A program made the position numbers and the translations under genes. The notes below the pieces were generated by a model. It was not told where the DNA came from, searched no databases, and saw only the letters and a list, made by a program, of their open reading frames with translations. Below are positions 1 through 11,230 of a DNA stretch of 64,000 bases, in pieces. The number at the start of each line of letters is the position of its first letter. Positions within the stretch are counted from its first letter, which is position 1. The stretch is from Paramoeba atlantica (taxonomy: Eukaryota > Protista > Discosea), in NCBI GenBank assembly GCA_977017575.1, contig CDRNVI010000021.1, positions 496,001 through 560,000 on the forward strand. The letters run 5' to 3'.

Positions 1-2
1 TG

Positions 3-695
3 CATCGCCAAAACTTTCAGCAAGAAGAAGCTCTCTCTTCTTTTACTGAAAATATAAAACGAAAATTGGATCAAGCGTGCTTTGCTTTGGAATTGTTGGC
101 ATCAAATATTGAGACTCTTTCTGACGCGTTCGGCTCGATAGGCACGACTCACTCATCACAAGCAAAGGAACTATACGAAACTATCGAAGAACAAAAGTCT
201 ATTTCTACAAACATTCTACGGACGCTCTCTTCTAACATTTTTTTGACATCTAATGAGAACGAAGTCGAATCACGCACTCAAGTCGACTCAAATTATACGC
301 CTCCACAAAACCAAAATGATGTCGTGACTCAGAAATACACAGAATCTAGAACTAGATTTGGCACTGCGGCTCACGTACAACTTATGGGAAGCGCGGAGCC
401 GTCGCGCGATGTTTCTCCTCCATGTATTGTGGAAGATAAATCCGAAAGCGAATTGAAATTTGATTTAGTGGCCTCTAATCGCACGGATGAAGATAAGCTC
501 TCGACCGAACACGAATTACCGGGCCAAGCAGCGTCAATTCTCAGTGAACGTGCAGAGGAGGCAAATGTCTCTTTGGCGAATACTCACGTACCTAGAGCGG
601 AGAGTCAATTACACGAACCCTCCGTAGATAGTCAACTACATGATACGGCTTCGACTGATACGCTGGGAGAGACTAATCCTTGGTGGCTATTCTAA
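3..695 (+). CDS. 3' part of a hypothetical protein (helical segment, then an acidic low-complexity tail ending NPWWLF); the gene starts upstream of the window
   Basis: The frame of ORF 66..695 has no stop back to position 3; stop TAA at 693-695; same strand as all neighbours. Confidence 0.7.
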   Translation, partial: HRQNFQQEEALSSFTENIKRKLDQACFALELLASNIETLSDAFGSIGTTHSSQAKELYETIEEQKSISTNILRTLSSNIFLTSNENEVESRTQVDSNYTPPQNQNDVVTQKYTESRTRFGTAAHVQLMGSAEPSRDVSPPCIVEDKSESELKFDLVASNRTDEDKLSTEHELPGQAASILSERAEEANVSLANTHVPRAESQLHEPSVDSQLHDTASTDTLGETNPWWLF

Positions 696-1080
696 TAAGT
701 AAAACTGAAACATAAACTTTGTCCAAAATTGGTATAAGAATCTAGTCAACGCGTGCTCATGTTCTCGGGAAATCATGGGGTGTACTTACTAAATGGGCTT
801 GTGTGTTAGTTGAAAAAATGAGTTGAATCACACACTTACAGTGTGGATGTACAGTGTGGATGTAGCTCTAATAGGTTTTTCGGGTCAGTGCTACGTAAAG
901 CGTCCGAAACTTGATATGCCTTATATTAATTTGATATAAGGTGTATTAATTTGATAAGTGCTGCATGTTTCAGAGTAAATCAATTCATTGCAACTGTTGT
1001 TTTAATCTTATATTGTTAATTTCTAAAGGCTATATTCGAGTCTTGGCTTTAATAATAAATAATTTGAAAGCATCCTTCCA

Positions 1081-1695
1081 ATGTTCTCCCTTACGCGTAC
1101 CGCATTGTACTATGGAAAAAGGGAGCTTTTCGAAATGTCTCGTCTTCTAACTGGTCGAGGCAAGCATGAATCGAGAATAGGAATCACCTACGTACGTGCT
1201 CATCTCCGCATCACCACTAACTATCGCTTATATTTAAAAAGCCGTTATGAGAGGGGGCTGCGACGGTCCTTGCTTCAGGGCGCTTTTTATGAGCATGGAA
1301 CCGACTACGTTAGAGCCATAAACGACATCGCTAGGCAGAAAATAGGTTTTCTTCCCATATCCTTGATAACTTTGGCCCGATATGAGCCCATGGCATTTCG
1401 GTCTCTGCTAGAATTGGTGAGCAGTGGGATCTCACCTCCGCCTCACCAAGCTGATCCATATCAAGTACAAGATACATCTACCTCATACGTTGATACCATG
1501 ATTAGCGAGTTACGCAAATTTGGGGAATATGGTAATCCCGTCTCGAAGATTGCACCTCAGGATTTGAAAAATACGTGGAAGGAGTTCCTCGACGACGATG
1601 AACTGAAAGAACTTGAGTCTTCTGAAAACGATGAAATGAGGGGCTATGCAAAATCTGTTGCCTCGGGAAATTTAAATAGGATTAATCAAGGTTGA
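1081..1695 (+). CDS. MRPL20: Mitochondrial ribosomal protein bL20m-like
   Basis: LARYEPMAFRSLLELV resembles the L20 C-terminal LA.YEP..F.sL motif; Arg-rich N-terminus resembles a targeting peptide. Confidence 0.65.
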   Translation: MFSLTRTALYYGKRELFEMSRLLTGRGKHESRIGITYVRAHLRITTNYRLYLKSRYERGLRRSLLQGAFYEHGTDYVRAINDIARQKIGFLPISLITLARYEPMAFRSLLELVSSGISPPPHQADPYQVQDTSTSYVDTMISELRKFGEYGNPVSKIAPQDLKNTWKEFLDDDELKELESSENDEMRGYAKSVASGNLNRINQG

Positions 1696-1879
1696 ATGAA
1701 ATGGTTGTAAAAACATTATTCAAATCATTAAAAAAAATTACTGAACCATTTCTGAGAGTGTTAGTATGATAGTGAGCGCTTCCTTTTTTTATTACATTGG
1801 TGTAGTTTAATACTATTTCTGCAATAAATATAATATTTACACAAACCTACCATTTTTGTTTACATACAGCATTTTCTCC

Positions 1880-3145
1880 ATGAAGTTTATACCTAATTTT
1901 GGGATACGCGAAAGGTGCCATCCTTCGAATATAGTATCCAGAAAACGCCTTATGTCGTTTGGGGTCCGCGGATACTGCGACCCGCCAATTTCGCAAGTCG
2001 CTATACACAAAGAAGCAGAGTCGCGTTCGTTGTGCACGTTTTCTTCGCGATTTTCCTCGCCGCTAAGTCTTCCCTGCGCGTCATTCGTAGAAGATAGTCT
2101 ACGACCCCTTAATCTCACTAAGGCGGGGCCCTCTTCTCATTTGAAATGTTGCGAGCGTTTCCCTCAACTTTCCACAAATTCTTCCCCCTCCGAGACACTC
2201 TCCACAACCGCATTTTACTATGGCGCAGACAATTGGCCAGAGCAGCACGTCCATCACGACATTCGACACAAACTGTGCTCTCAACTCTTACCCTCCAATG
2301 GTCGATATGTCGTGCTTCTCTCTCGACTGGGTCAATCGACGCTGTACAAGGCCCGCAACGATCGTGTGCTTCACGAGAGCGTCAAGCTTCCCTCCGTGAT
2401 GAGCTCCGCCGCGACACTACGTTGGTTTCTCTCCACCCACCTCGGGGATCTCTCCCGTCTGCGTCATCTTTTCTTTTGTAGTCACAGCACAGGATACCAT
2501 TTACACTGTGATGACCTCTCCGATGGGGATCATTCTTTGGGGATTCGTGAAATTGGTCGAACCCTTGAAGAGCTCGGCGTTCACCTTGATTGCCTCTACT
2601 TCGATGCGTGTTGTTGTGCTAACATTGATGTTCTGTATGCGGTGCGTAACGTCACCCGTAATGTTGTGGCGTTTCAAACCTACTGTCCTTGGGAGGGATT
2701 GATTTCATCTTCCTCAATGATCAATCCATGTCCGTTGGATATTGCCAGAAATCATCTGGAAAGGTATGACAGTCGAGCGCAACACTCCGACGAATGTCCT
2801 TCTGATATATCTGTGCTTTCTACGATAGGTGTTGAAGAAATTTATCATGAAGTCAAAGACATGCAAAAGGAATTGTGTTTGTTTAATGAGCCTCTTGCAT
2901 ATCCGGAATACCCTCATCATGAAGAGGCCAGGGAAAGGATGTACGACATCATTACTGCGCTACGACGGCAAAGGGAGTTGTTTCCTTCTAAAGCAGTGCG
3001 AAGCAGCTCTTTGGAACGTGAGATACTAAATCGACTTATACTTTATTACGGTAAATCCAGAGGACACACACTTAGAACTCATGGTTTATCAATGTTTCTT
3101 TCTGGACCTTCAGACGTGTATTTCGAAGAGAAAAGACGAATTTGA
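1880..3145 (+). CDS. Clostripain-family (C11) cysteine peptidase, PNT1-like
   Basis: His motif FFCSHSTG (His codon 2483-2485) and Cys motif LYFDACCCANIDV (Cys codon 2609-2611), followed by VVAFQTYCPWEG, match the C11 pattern HGxG ... FDAC.M..iEv ... vvaS...P..G. First ATG is at 1880; the start is uncertain. Confidence 0.7.
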   Translation: MKFIPNFGIRERCHPSNIVSRKRLMSFGVRGYCDPPISQVAIHKEAESRSLCTFSSRFSSPLSLPCASFVEDSLRPLNLTKAGPSSHLKCCERFPQLSTNSSPSETLSTTAFYYGADNWPEQHVHHDIRHKLCSQLLPSNGRYVVLLSRLGQSTLYKARNDRVLHESVKLPSVMSSAATLRWFLSTHLGDLSRLRHLFFCSHSTGYHLHCDDLSDGDHSLGIREIGRTLEELGVHLDCLYFDACCCANIDVLYAVRNVTRNVVAFQTYCPWEGLISSSSMINPCPLDIARNHLERYDSRAQHSDECPSDISVLSTIGVEEIYHEVKDMQKELCLFNEPLAYPEYPHHEEARERMYDIITALRRQRELFPSKAVRSSSLEREILNRLILYYGKSRGHTLRTHGLSMFLSGPSDVYFEEKRRI

Positions 3146-3714
3146 ATGGCTTCTTGGACTCAAAGCGCTGATTTCGGTTTTACGTTTTGCATATCTTAAT
3201 AAAAGTTATTTCAGGTCTTTTAACATCAATAAACTTGTTGAACTTAATCACACACACATTTATATTAATGCCATCCAGTTTGTACGTGCGTATAGCGTCT
3301 ATTGATTTTTGCAAGAGTTAATGTATTTTGTTTGTTGTGCTCTACTTTTTACTCCTCGTCCCCTAGAGTTAGATTTGTACAAATTATATTAGATTCAATG
3401 GTGTGTCCCTAAAAATTAGAAAGAGTCAATCGGATTGCGAATTGGTAACGAACCAAGTGAAATGTTAAATGTATTTGCTCCTCAAAACTTCATCCGATCA
3501 TACTTCTCACCAGGTAACACAACTGTATTTTGGAGCACTGCACAAAGGCGAACACCTGATTTTCTGTTTTGATCTTTTACAATTTTGCAATTTTTATACC
3601 AAACTACTTTTATAAGATCTTTTGAGCGTAACAATCTGGCAATTTGAACGACAACTATGAAACATTTTACCAGTGCTATACCATATGCAAATGTACATGT
3701 AATAGAACGCAAAA

Positions 3715-6027
3715 ATGGTTCGCCAAGGAATTCTTAAAGGAGCGGTACCTACCAAAATATTCGCGCACCATAAGTTAGGTGTTCGTAGACTGCCTCTTTC
3801 CCACGCACTTAGTGCTTGCTCCGTTTCCGATGTGAGCTCTATTATGCAGCGCGCTGTTTCAAGTGGTGAGCTTACTCAGAAAGTCCTTCATGGCATTTTT
3901 ATTTACCTTCGAAAAAAAAATCAAATTAGCAAATGCAAACAAATTGCTGACCTGTGGTCAGATGAATACGGGAGAGTGCTAAACAGTCTGCACTTAGGAA
4001 CACTCATGACCTCAGTTGTTTCGAGAGGCGAATGGAAATGGGCACTTGAATATTGGAATATTTTAACGAATAATCCGAAAAACGTGATTAGCTCACATCA
4101 TTATACTGCACTCATTGGTGCGTATCGCTGCGCTGGACTTTGGCAAGAAGTGCTCAGTGTTCTCTCGGAAATGGAATCCGAGCTCGGCAGAGCCAATGTG
4201 CAAGCGCAGCACTCTTCCCTAGTAGCGCTTCGAAATCACGCACCATGGAAAACTGCGTTATCGTATGCTCTGAATTTAAGTTTACAGGTGCTTGCCTATC
4301 AGGAGCATTCAAAGTGCAGATCGTTGACTACATCAAACCCAACTTACTCATACGAAGAGGAAGGCACAGAACTTCAGGATGCCAAAAGTGGTGACGCCCA
4401 TCTAGTAGCTGAAATTTTTCATGTAATCAATCGTAGCCTTCATGAAATCGGTTTGCGAGTATCTCAGCAAGACCGACGTCAAGAATTTTGCACTCCTTCT
4501 AGTACAGCTGACCAAAATTGGATAAGGCATGAACTCTTGATCAGAGCCCTCAAGCTCTACAATGCCGTTCCATCAGTGGATCGTTCAACATCGATGCGTA
4601 ATGCATGTCTAGAGATTGTAGCATCGGGGGGTCACTGGCGAAAGGCGTTTTCTCTGGTATCTCATGGAGTAGAACAATCATTGAAGCACCGCGTGCTTAC
4701 ACCAGAGACGCTTGACATTCTTGTTTCTTGTTGTCGTACAGACATATCTAAACTGTCGAGTATTCTTCGCCTGGCATGTGATCATAAAATTACAGCCCCG
4801 CGATCATTGCTTTACGCTATGCTCTATGCAATGCTCTGTCGTTCTTCTGCAGATACTAACTTGGTTACGAAGAATGAGATCATCCCTCCAAGAATTAATG
4901 AGGCAATGGAATTTTTCATGCGAATACGACAACGTAGTCTTTTAGAATGCGTGCAGAGCAATGAACTTTCACTTAGTACTCTTTATGAAGCAATTCTTGA
5001 TGTTCTTCTTAAGATGAAAGATGCGGACGCGGCACTGTACGTCGCTATACAATTGCAGGAGTATCTCGCCCCAGCAATTCCAATGATTACATCTGGCATC
5101 TGTGTTTTTGGTTCTGAACACAAGCGTATTATAGTCGAAGGACGAGTCGCTGTTCTCGACTCACACCTCTATGTAAGTCCTGAGTTAAATGCAAGAGAAC
5201 TGGGCTCCATTTTTGATACTTTGCTCGTACCGTATACACACGTGCGAAATCTTTTCTGCTTGCATGAAAAGGCAAAAAAACTGCATTTGAATAAAGAGAG
5301 CGAGACGTACTCTCGTCAGATGAAAGTTCTATCTCAAAAAAATCACGGTAAACTAAACAAAAAGCTTTATATAATGTCGTTCATTGATCAGCTTCGTGCT
5401 CATAGGCATTTTTACGGACATTCCCAGAAATTATCATCGTTTACTGAGAATCTTTTCGAAGGATTTCGATCGTCACAGCGCGTCTGTGCACCGAAAGAAA
5501 AAAATGAACGTGTTCTGCTTGGATTAAGGGACACTGCTTCAAAAAGTGATTTTGGAATTCGGCCTTCAAGTTTTTCTACCTCTAGTGCGTCACTCAGTGA
5601 CACAAGGACATTGTGTCAAAGTCACAAAGGCAAATACGAAAAAGAGAATACGAAACCGGTGGAGCAAGCTTTGAGTATGAAGGAGCCTGGTTTTACCAAA
5701 TCTCGTGGACACGGGACTGCAATGAGGCTTCTTGCTATTGCTAATATGATTCACGACTTAAATCCCGAATGCGAGGTTTATATACTTTCTCGAAAAGGTC
5801 ATATAGCGCAACACTGTAGAGACATATTATCTTCTTTGCCGAAAACTTCTGGAGCACAAGGCATTTGCATTGTGGAATCAAATTCGTATGAAGACATTCG
5901 GAAACATTTTGAAAAATATCCGGGAGCATATCCCTTTCGCATTAACGAATCTGATTCACCACATGATTCGTTGCTGTCCGAAACCTATGCAATTAATGAG
6001 GATCACGCGCTTTTGAATATCCTCTAA
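3715..6027 (+). CDS. Pentatricopeptide-repeat (PPR) protein, probably mitochondrial, with a possible degenerate PIN-like C-terminal domain
   Basis: PPR-like motifs such as HHYTALIGAYRCAGLWQEVLSVLSEM and MRNACLEIVASGGHWRKAFSLV; 770-aa ORF. Confidence 0.7.
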   Translation: MVRQGILKGAVPTKIFAHHKLGVRRLPLSHALSACSVSDVSSIMQRAVSSGELTQKVLHGIFIYLRKKNQISKCKQIADLWSDEYGRVLNSLHLGTLMTSVVSRGEWKWALEYWNILTNNPKNVISSHHYTALIGAYRCAGLWQEVLSVLSEMESELGRANVQAQHSSLVALRNHAPWKTALSYALNLSLQVLAYQEHSKCRSLTTSNPTYSYEEEGTELQDAKSGDAHLVAEIFHVINRSLHEIGLRVSQQDRRQEFCTPSSTADQNWIRHELLIRALKLYNAVPSVDRSTSMRNACLEIVASGGHWRKAFSLVSHGVEQSLKHRVLTPETLDILVSCCRTDISKLSSILRLACDHKITAPRSLLYAMLYAMLCRSSADTNLVTKNEIIPPRINEAMEFFMRIRQRSLLECVQSNELSLSTLYEAILDVLLKMKDADAALYVAIQLQEYLAPAIPMITSGICVFGSEHKRIIVEGRVAVLDSHLYVSPELNARELGSIFDTLLVPYTHVRNLFCLHEKAKKLHLNKESETYSRQMKVLSQKNHGKLNKKLYIMSFIDQLRAHRHFYGHSQKLSSFTENLFEGFRSSQRVCAPKEKNERVLLGLRDTASKSDFGIRPSSFSTSSASLSDTRTLCQSHKGKYEKENTKPVEQALSMKEPGFTKSRGHGTAMRLLAIANMIHDLNPECEVYILSRKGHIAQHCRDILSSLPKTSGAQGICIVESNSYEDIRKHFEKYPGAYPFRINESDSPHDSLLSETYAINEDHALLNIL

Positions 6028-6555
6028 GTACAGACACCATGAACAGTGCGACCCAACTCCTCGCAATGGGTTCAGAAGGCAACACTCTCCTCTGGACTTA
6101 CATTACATGTGTGATACATTCTGGATTCCATATCCGGCATATATGGAATACAGTATCTCTCCATGACAACCAGACTTTCTTAGCAAATTCTTGGACAGAG
6201 CATCGAGTTGTCAGCCATGTACACGTATATTTCCACAAACGCTGTCTATGTGCTACAGTAACACATAGGCTCCAGTCATGGGATTTTTTCTGGATTTGAG
6301 GTCGGAATAAGCATTATTGAATAGCTCGAACTTTTACTTTTAGGTAAGTGCCAGTTTTCGGACGAATATCCTTTTGACCAAGTAGGAAAGGTTCTCACAA
6401 GAACATACTGTATCCCCTGTATTAAATATGCAGTGCGCCCTCTTAGTTGTTGAGAGATATACATGTACTTCATCTAAGTTGAAACGTCTATGCCGTTGAT
6501 TGTCCGAAAAGTTTATCATCTATGCCGTATTTGTATAGTCCTCACATAACTTTAC

Positions 6556-7014
6556 ATGACTATTCTTTTCGTTCTGTTGGTCAACAAGCACGGACAAACT
6601 CGCCTGGCACATTACACGAAATGGGTTCCTATTTCAGAGCGTTCAGCACTAGAGGGCGAAGTAGTACGTAAATGCCTACAGCGAAAAGAATCACACTGTA
6701 ACTTTTTAGAGCACTTGGGTCACAAGCTCATATACCGGAGGTATGCTTCATTGTTTTTTATCGTTGGTGTTGACGAAGAAGAAAACGAACTTGCTGTTCT
6801 AGAATTTATTCACTGCATGGTGGAGACGTTTGATCAGTATTTTGATAATGTTTGTGAGCTTGATCTGATGCTTCACCTAGAGAAGGCGTATCTTATTCTT
6901 AATGAAATGGTTGTGGACGGAAAGATTGTGGAAACTAACCGGGAAAATATTTTACAGCCTATTTTAGAATTGGGCGCTTCTTTAACTGAACCAACAATCA
7001 GGCACACTGCTTAG
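6556..7014 (+). CDS. AP4S1: AP-4 adaptor complex sigma (small) subunit
   Basis: LLVNKHGQTRL, IYRRYASLFFIVGV, ENELAVLEFIH and VCELDL are clathrin-adaptor small-chain motifs; the NKxGQTRL start is typical of sigma-4. Confidence 0.85.
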   Translation: MTILFVLLVNKHGQTRLAHYTKWVPISERSALEGEVVRKCLQRKESHCNFLEHLGHKLIYRRYASLFFIVGVDEEENELAVLEFIHCMVETFDQYFDNVCELDLMLHLEKAYLILNEMVVDGKIVETNRENILQPILELGASLTEPTIRHTA

Positions 7015-7227
7015 CTGCTTGAAAGCCGAGTCTTGTCTTTGGAAATGTCACTACACATGCCGTGCATGTATCCACATTCTGTCGCACGAAATTATTGATG
7101 GTGTATCTTGTTGTATGGCGCACTGTACCTTTTTTGTTTGTAATTGCTTTTCCTTCTTTGTTTAGCCACAAAAATCTAACACTGGTAATATTTTATCTAT
7201 CTGTTATGAAAATATCTTAAAATACAT

Positions 7228-10200
7228 ATGTTGTTCTCTGGGCTTCGGTTTACTTCATCAGGCTTCTCGATAAATAAAAGATCTGAATTACGGGAGTTAG
7301 TAGAATCACGGGGTGGAAACTTTTCTGCCGACGCCGCTACCGACCTAACGCATATCGTGGCGAATCGGGGGTCGACAAAAAAATGTGTTGCGGCGCGGCA
7401 GTTGGGTAATGTTGCTCTTGTTGCGGAGACATGGGTGCGCGAGTCTATTCGTTGCAATAGGATCCTTGGACTTAGTGTGGCACAAAGACCAATGTCCCTA
7501 GGTGGTCAGGAACACCCCGAACACACCCATATTTCTCCGCCAAAACCTGATTTATCGTCCAATTTTAGTGTTAAGCCTCTTACTGGATATTGCATTTGTG
7601 TTACGGGACACAGCCCCTCTTCCAGAGCTTTACTTGCTGACAAGGTTCGCGATCTAGGGGGAATTTATCAAGGTCATTTGACGGTCAATGTGTCTCATTT
7701 GCTTGTTGATCGAGACTTCAACTGGCGAATGAAAGAGAAAAATGCCAAGGTTGTATTTGCTGAGCGTCACAACATTTCGGTTGTACATGATTGTTGGCTC
7801 GTTGCTCTGCAAAGTGGACTTGTCGTCGAATGTGAAATTACGGATATATGTAGAGCCACCCCATTTTATGATTTGGCTGGAGATTTAGAAACTGATATTA
7901 AAAAACCTAGAATTGAGTCTTCGAAGCGCTCCTCAAGCAAGACGCCGGTAAAATTATCTGGAATTTCAAAGGAAACTGGGACTACCTCTTTGGAAATTAT
8001 TGAGCCTTTCAGCTACGACGAGGCGCAAGAATACTGCGGTGTGCTTCTCAAAGAAAACGCGAGGAAAAATTTCCAGGAAGCTGATGCACGTCGAGCGTTG
8101 TATGAAGAGTTTCGTACCACCCATGCGAAGAGTAACATGGTGCCACACTTTGAGCAACACGCCTCACACTTTAAACGTTTGACTACTAATCTTTTGGAAA
8201 AATTATTCGATGCTTTGACAACATTTTCGAGTACGCCTTTTCTCTCAGGATGCGTCACGTACTTCTTAAGTACTGTGGCAACTGAAATTCAGAGTTCAAC
8301 ACCTCGAGTGGATGCCGTACCTTTTTCTTCCGATGTTAAAACTCAAAGCACGCAGCCCGATGTGGGTTTAAATACATGGTCTGCAACGGATATCATGACC
8401 ATATTACAGTCCTACAGTCCATCACATCTCCATGGAGACGCTAGGGAACAGATTTCAAGTATACTGCACTCATTAGAACGAAATTTCTTTTTACTACGTC
8501 GAGGTGGTATACTTGCTGGCTCAGTCATTACACCATGTCTTTTACCACTCTGTACACATATCGTTATTGTTCATTCAGAAACACAAACTCGGCTTTCCTC
8601 TCACGTGGAAGATTCCTTGCGCACACTGCTTTCTCGGTATTGTATACCCTTAAGTCGTGTTGTCACGAGTCGCTGGATAGTAGACAGTCTCTTAAACCGA
8701 AAAGAAGGTTTTTCTGATATGTACGTCTACCCTTTTAACCAAGTAGATATTTCTTCCAAGGCTGATACTTCGGAAGCTGATGCGCGCCACAGGTCACTTC
8801 CTTCAACAACAAGCGAAAAGGAGGTGTCTGTCAGTCCTCTCGTCGAGATGCCTATTATCTCTGCTTCACACGATGGTGTGAAAACTCGAAAAAATGAAGC
8901 TCTGAACGAAAGCACGTGGTCGGAAGGCGGGAAACCCTCTAAAGAATCACAAGACGAGATTCTGATGGAATCAGAAACGTTTCTCGGAGTTTCTTTTACT
9001 TTTTCTTACGAATTTGTTCATGAAAGACTGCAAGAACTCGAAAACCTTGTTATGAAACATGGAGGGCGAGTGCTTAGCTTGTCCTCGGAAAAGGCAGTAC
9101 CATCCTGTCATGTCGTTCCACATTCACATGAACGCTTGATGCCTCATTCAAATTTTTCGCCAAGCATAGCGATTCAGCCAACTCCTCCTTGGGTATCTTT
9201 TTTAGAAGCAAACTCTCCTTTGGGTACTCCTTCAGATGTCACACAGCGTTCTTCCACTGGTGCTCCGCTTAAAGTAACTTCCACGTGGGTTGAAATGTGT
9301 GTCGAGCGGAAAAGCTGTGCCCCTGGGGGATTATCGGTTCAAAACGATAAGGTTGCATCCGCGAATGGTCTTAATGAGCATGACATTAATACCGCGTCGT
9401 GTTCCATTTCATGGATATGGTACTTTGAGCCTATTATGCCAAGACCGCGACGAGCGTCACCACCCCCGTCCATGTACTCCGGCACAATTATCATACACAT
9501 TGATCGGGAACTGAGTACAGAACTTACTCCCATACGCATGGCTATTACAGCCCTCGGGGGAATGATCTGGGATAGTCCCGCCGGGGCTTCCCATGTGGTT
9601 CGCGCGACGGCAGACAGCTCAGTGAGACGTCCTCTAGTGGTGGATCCATCCTGGATCGAGCGCAGTGCGCGTGCGGGTTACTTTGTGAGAGAGTACGCCG
9701 ATGGAATTCCCCCACCTGCTCCACCCGACGACTCCCCCATTGAAGATCGCTGGGACGAAGCCGTACACCAAACCACCGTTGGAGAAAATTTTCCGCAGTA
9801 CGAAGGACAGACAACTGGAATAGGTGCGAAAAAACAGCAAAACTTCACTTCAAATGATCATGTACCTTGCGCTGAGCCCAGGAGCGACCCAATAGTGCAC
9901 AGCTTGGAAAGAAAAGGTACTGACTCCAAGGAAGACGATGCCACTTTAGCTCCTGCTGACTATCAATCACAGGATCAAACCCATTCACCACCATTTAATG
10001 ATCCCTCTGGAAATGAAGAATTGAAAGTCACCCCCTCACCCGAAGCGGCAAGAATGCTGCGTTTTTCTCCTTCACGAGAAATATCGACAACAAATGTCAA
10101 TTCTCCAACAAAATCGGAAAATAGATGCAACTCGATTGAACGGAAACAAAGTTTGGATCCTGTTCAAAGTGAAATCAAGTCTTTCGATTCTGTGAAATCA

Positions 10201-11034
10201 GCTCAAAATCGAAGGTTGGTCTTCAGTTTACTTTCCTATGATCACTCTCATGTGGTCATACTTCGCGATGCAATGCAAAAACTGGGAGCTTCTGTTGATT
10301 CTGATGACATCTCTACGGCGACTCACCTTATCTGCACAGATCCTAGTCAACGAGAATCTGTTCTAACTGCTCTCGCACGTGGCATATGGGTTCTCCGTCC
10401 CGTTTTTCTTGATGATTGTGCGCGTCACATGACATGGCTACAGGAAGCAAACTACGAGTGGACCAGAAGCAAAGTAGGACTTAAGGCGCGCTGTGCCACT
10501 TTACATCTGGCTGATGCCTGCAAAACATGGCGAGAGCGTAGAGAAAAAACGGGGCAACTTGCGTTTCACGGGTGTCGTTTGTTAGTGTGCGCAACGGGGC
10601 CCTGCACAGAGTCCTATCTTCGAATTTTGCATTCCGGCGGTGCGCAGCAAGTTCATCACGTACAGGAGATATCCAGCAAGTCCCAGTGTCTTCAGTACAC
10701 ACATGTGCTCTTTGACAAGACATCTTGGAACGCAGTTAATCAAGGAATTGTGCAAAGTCCAGCGGACAGCAAACTTACTCCACCGATCAAAAGAAGTGGC
10801 GACATAAAAGATTCCGAGGAAGGAGGTCACTCCACACTGCCGACAAGGTTCTTATTGGTGGACTGGATTACATACCACTTGCAGTGCCTCCCGGATGGAG
10901 CTTGCGTGTTATGGCCAAAGCGTCCTTCCTCTTCAAAGCAGTGCGCTCGCCCAACCACGACGTCAAATTCAAATCATCATTCTATACCCGCGAAAGAGAA
11001 TGCAAAAGCGGATTCGGATGAAGAAGTCGGGTAA
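7228..11034 (+). CDS. Multi-BRCT protein, TOPBP1/Dpb11/Rad4-like
   Basis: Several BRCT-like units (LTHIVA...WVRESI; ICVTG...LGG.Y...VSHLLV...WL; LGASV...ATHLI...GIWVLRPVFL); 1268 aa. Confidence 0.7.
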   Translation: MLFSGLRFTSSGFSINKRSELRELVESRGGNFSADAATDLTHIVANRGSTKKCVAARQLGNVALVAETWVRESIRCNRILGLSVAQRPMSLGGQEHPEHTHISPPKPDLSSNFSVKPLTGYCICVTGHSPSSRALLADKVRDLGGIYQGHLTVNVSHLLVDRDFNWRMKEKNAKVVFAERHNISVVHDCWLVALQSGLVVECEITDICRATPFYDLAGDLETDIKKPRIESSKRSSSKTPVKLSGISKETGTTSLEIIEPFSYDEAQEYCGVLLKENARKNFQEADARRALYEEFRTTHAKSNMVPHFEQHASHFKRLTTNLLEKLFDALTTFSSTPFLSGCVTYFLSTVATEIQSSTPRVDAVPFSSDVKTQSTQPDVGLNTWSATDIMTILQSYSPSHLHGDAREQISSILHSLERNFFLLRRGGILAGSVITPCLLPLCTHIVIVHSETQTRLSSHVEDSLRTLLSRYCIPLSRVVTSRWIVDSLLNRKEGFSDMYVYPFNQVDISSKADTSEADARHRSLPSTTSEKEVSVSPLVEMPIISASHDGVKTRKNEALNESTWSEGGKPSKESQDEILMESETFLGVSFTFSYEFVHERLQELENLVMKHGGRVLSLSSEKAVPSCHVVPHSHERLMPHSNFSPSIAIQPTPPWVSFLEANSPLGTPSDVTQRSSTGAPLKVTSTWVEMCVERKSCAPGGLSVQNDKVASANGLNEHDINTASCSISWIWYFEPIMPRPRRASPPPSMYSGTIIIHIDRELSTELTPIRMAITALGGMIWDSPAGASHVVRATADSSVRRPLVVDPSWIERSARAGYFVREYADGIPPPAPPDDSPIEDRWDEAVHQTTVGENFPQYEGQTTGIGAKKQQNFTSNDHVPCAEPRSDPIVHSLERKGTDSKEDDATLAPADYQSQDQTHSPPFNDPSGNEELKVTPSPEAARMLRFSPSREISTTNVNSPTKSENRCNSIERKQSLDPVQSEIKSFDSVKSAQNRRLVFSLLSYDHSHVVILRDAMQKLGASVDSDDISTATHLICTDPSQRESVLTALARGIWVLRPVFLDDCARHMTWLQEANYEWTRSKVGLKARCATLHLADACKTWRERREKTGQLAFHGCRLLVCATGPCTESYLRILHSGGAQQVHHVQEISSKSQCLQYTHVLFDKTSWNAVNQGIVQSPADSKLTPPIKRSGDIKDSEEGGHSTLPTRFLLVDWITYHLQCLPDGACVLWPKRPSSSKQCARPTTTSNSNHHSIPAKENAKADSDEEVG

Positions 11035-11230
11035 GTGTTTCCTTTATGTTCATTGATTTCTTATGTTTTTGGTATTTTTTATTCAGAAACATAAAAAACA
11101 TTTTGAAGGGTACATCAAAGGCGCCAAAAAAACTCAGATTTTATTTCTTAGCCTTACCATAAACTATAAAATTAGAATAAACTATAGAATAGTGAATAAA
11201 AAAGTTATAGAATACCCATAGCTGTCGCGA

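Noticed and set aside
839-864. CAGTGTGGATGTA x2, resembling a Tc1-type CAGTG terminus
   Set aside because: No inverted partner was found nearby; most simply a 13-bp slippage duplication.
6028-6555. Possible small gene or relic between the PPR and AP-4 sigma genes
   Set aside because: Only ORFs under 90 aa in several frames, with no recognisable family or consistent chain.
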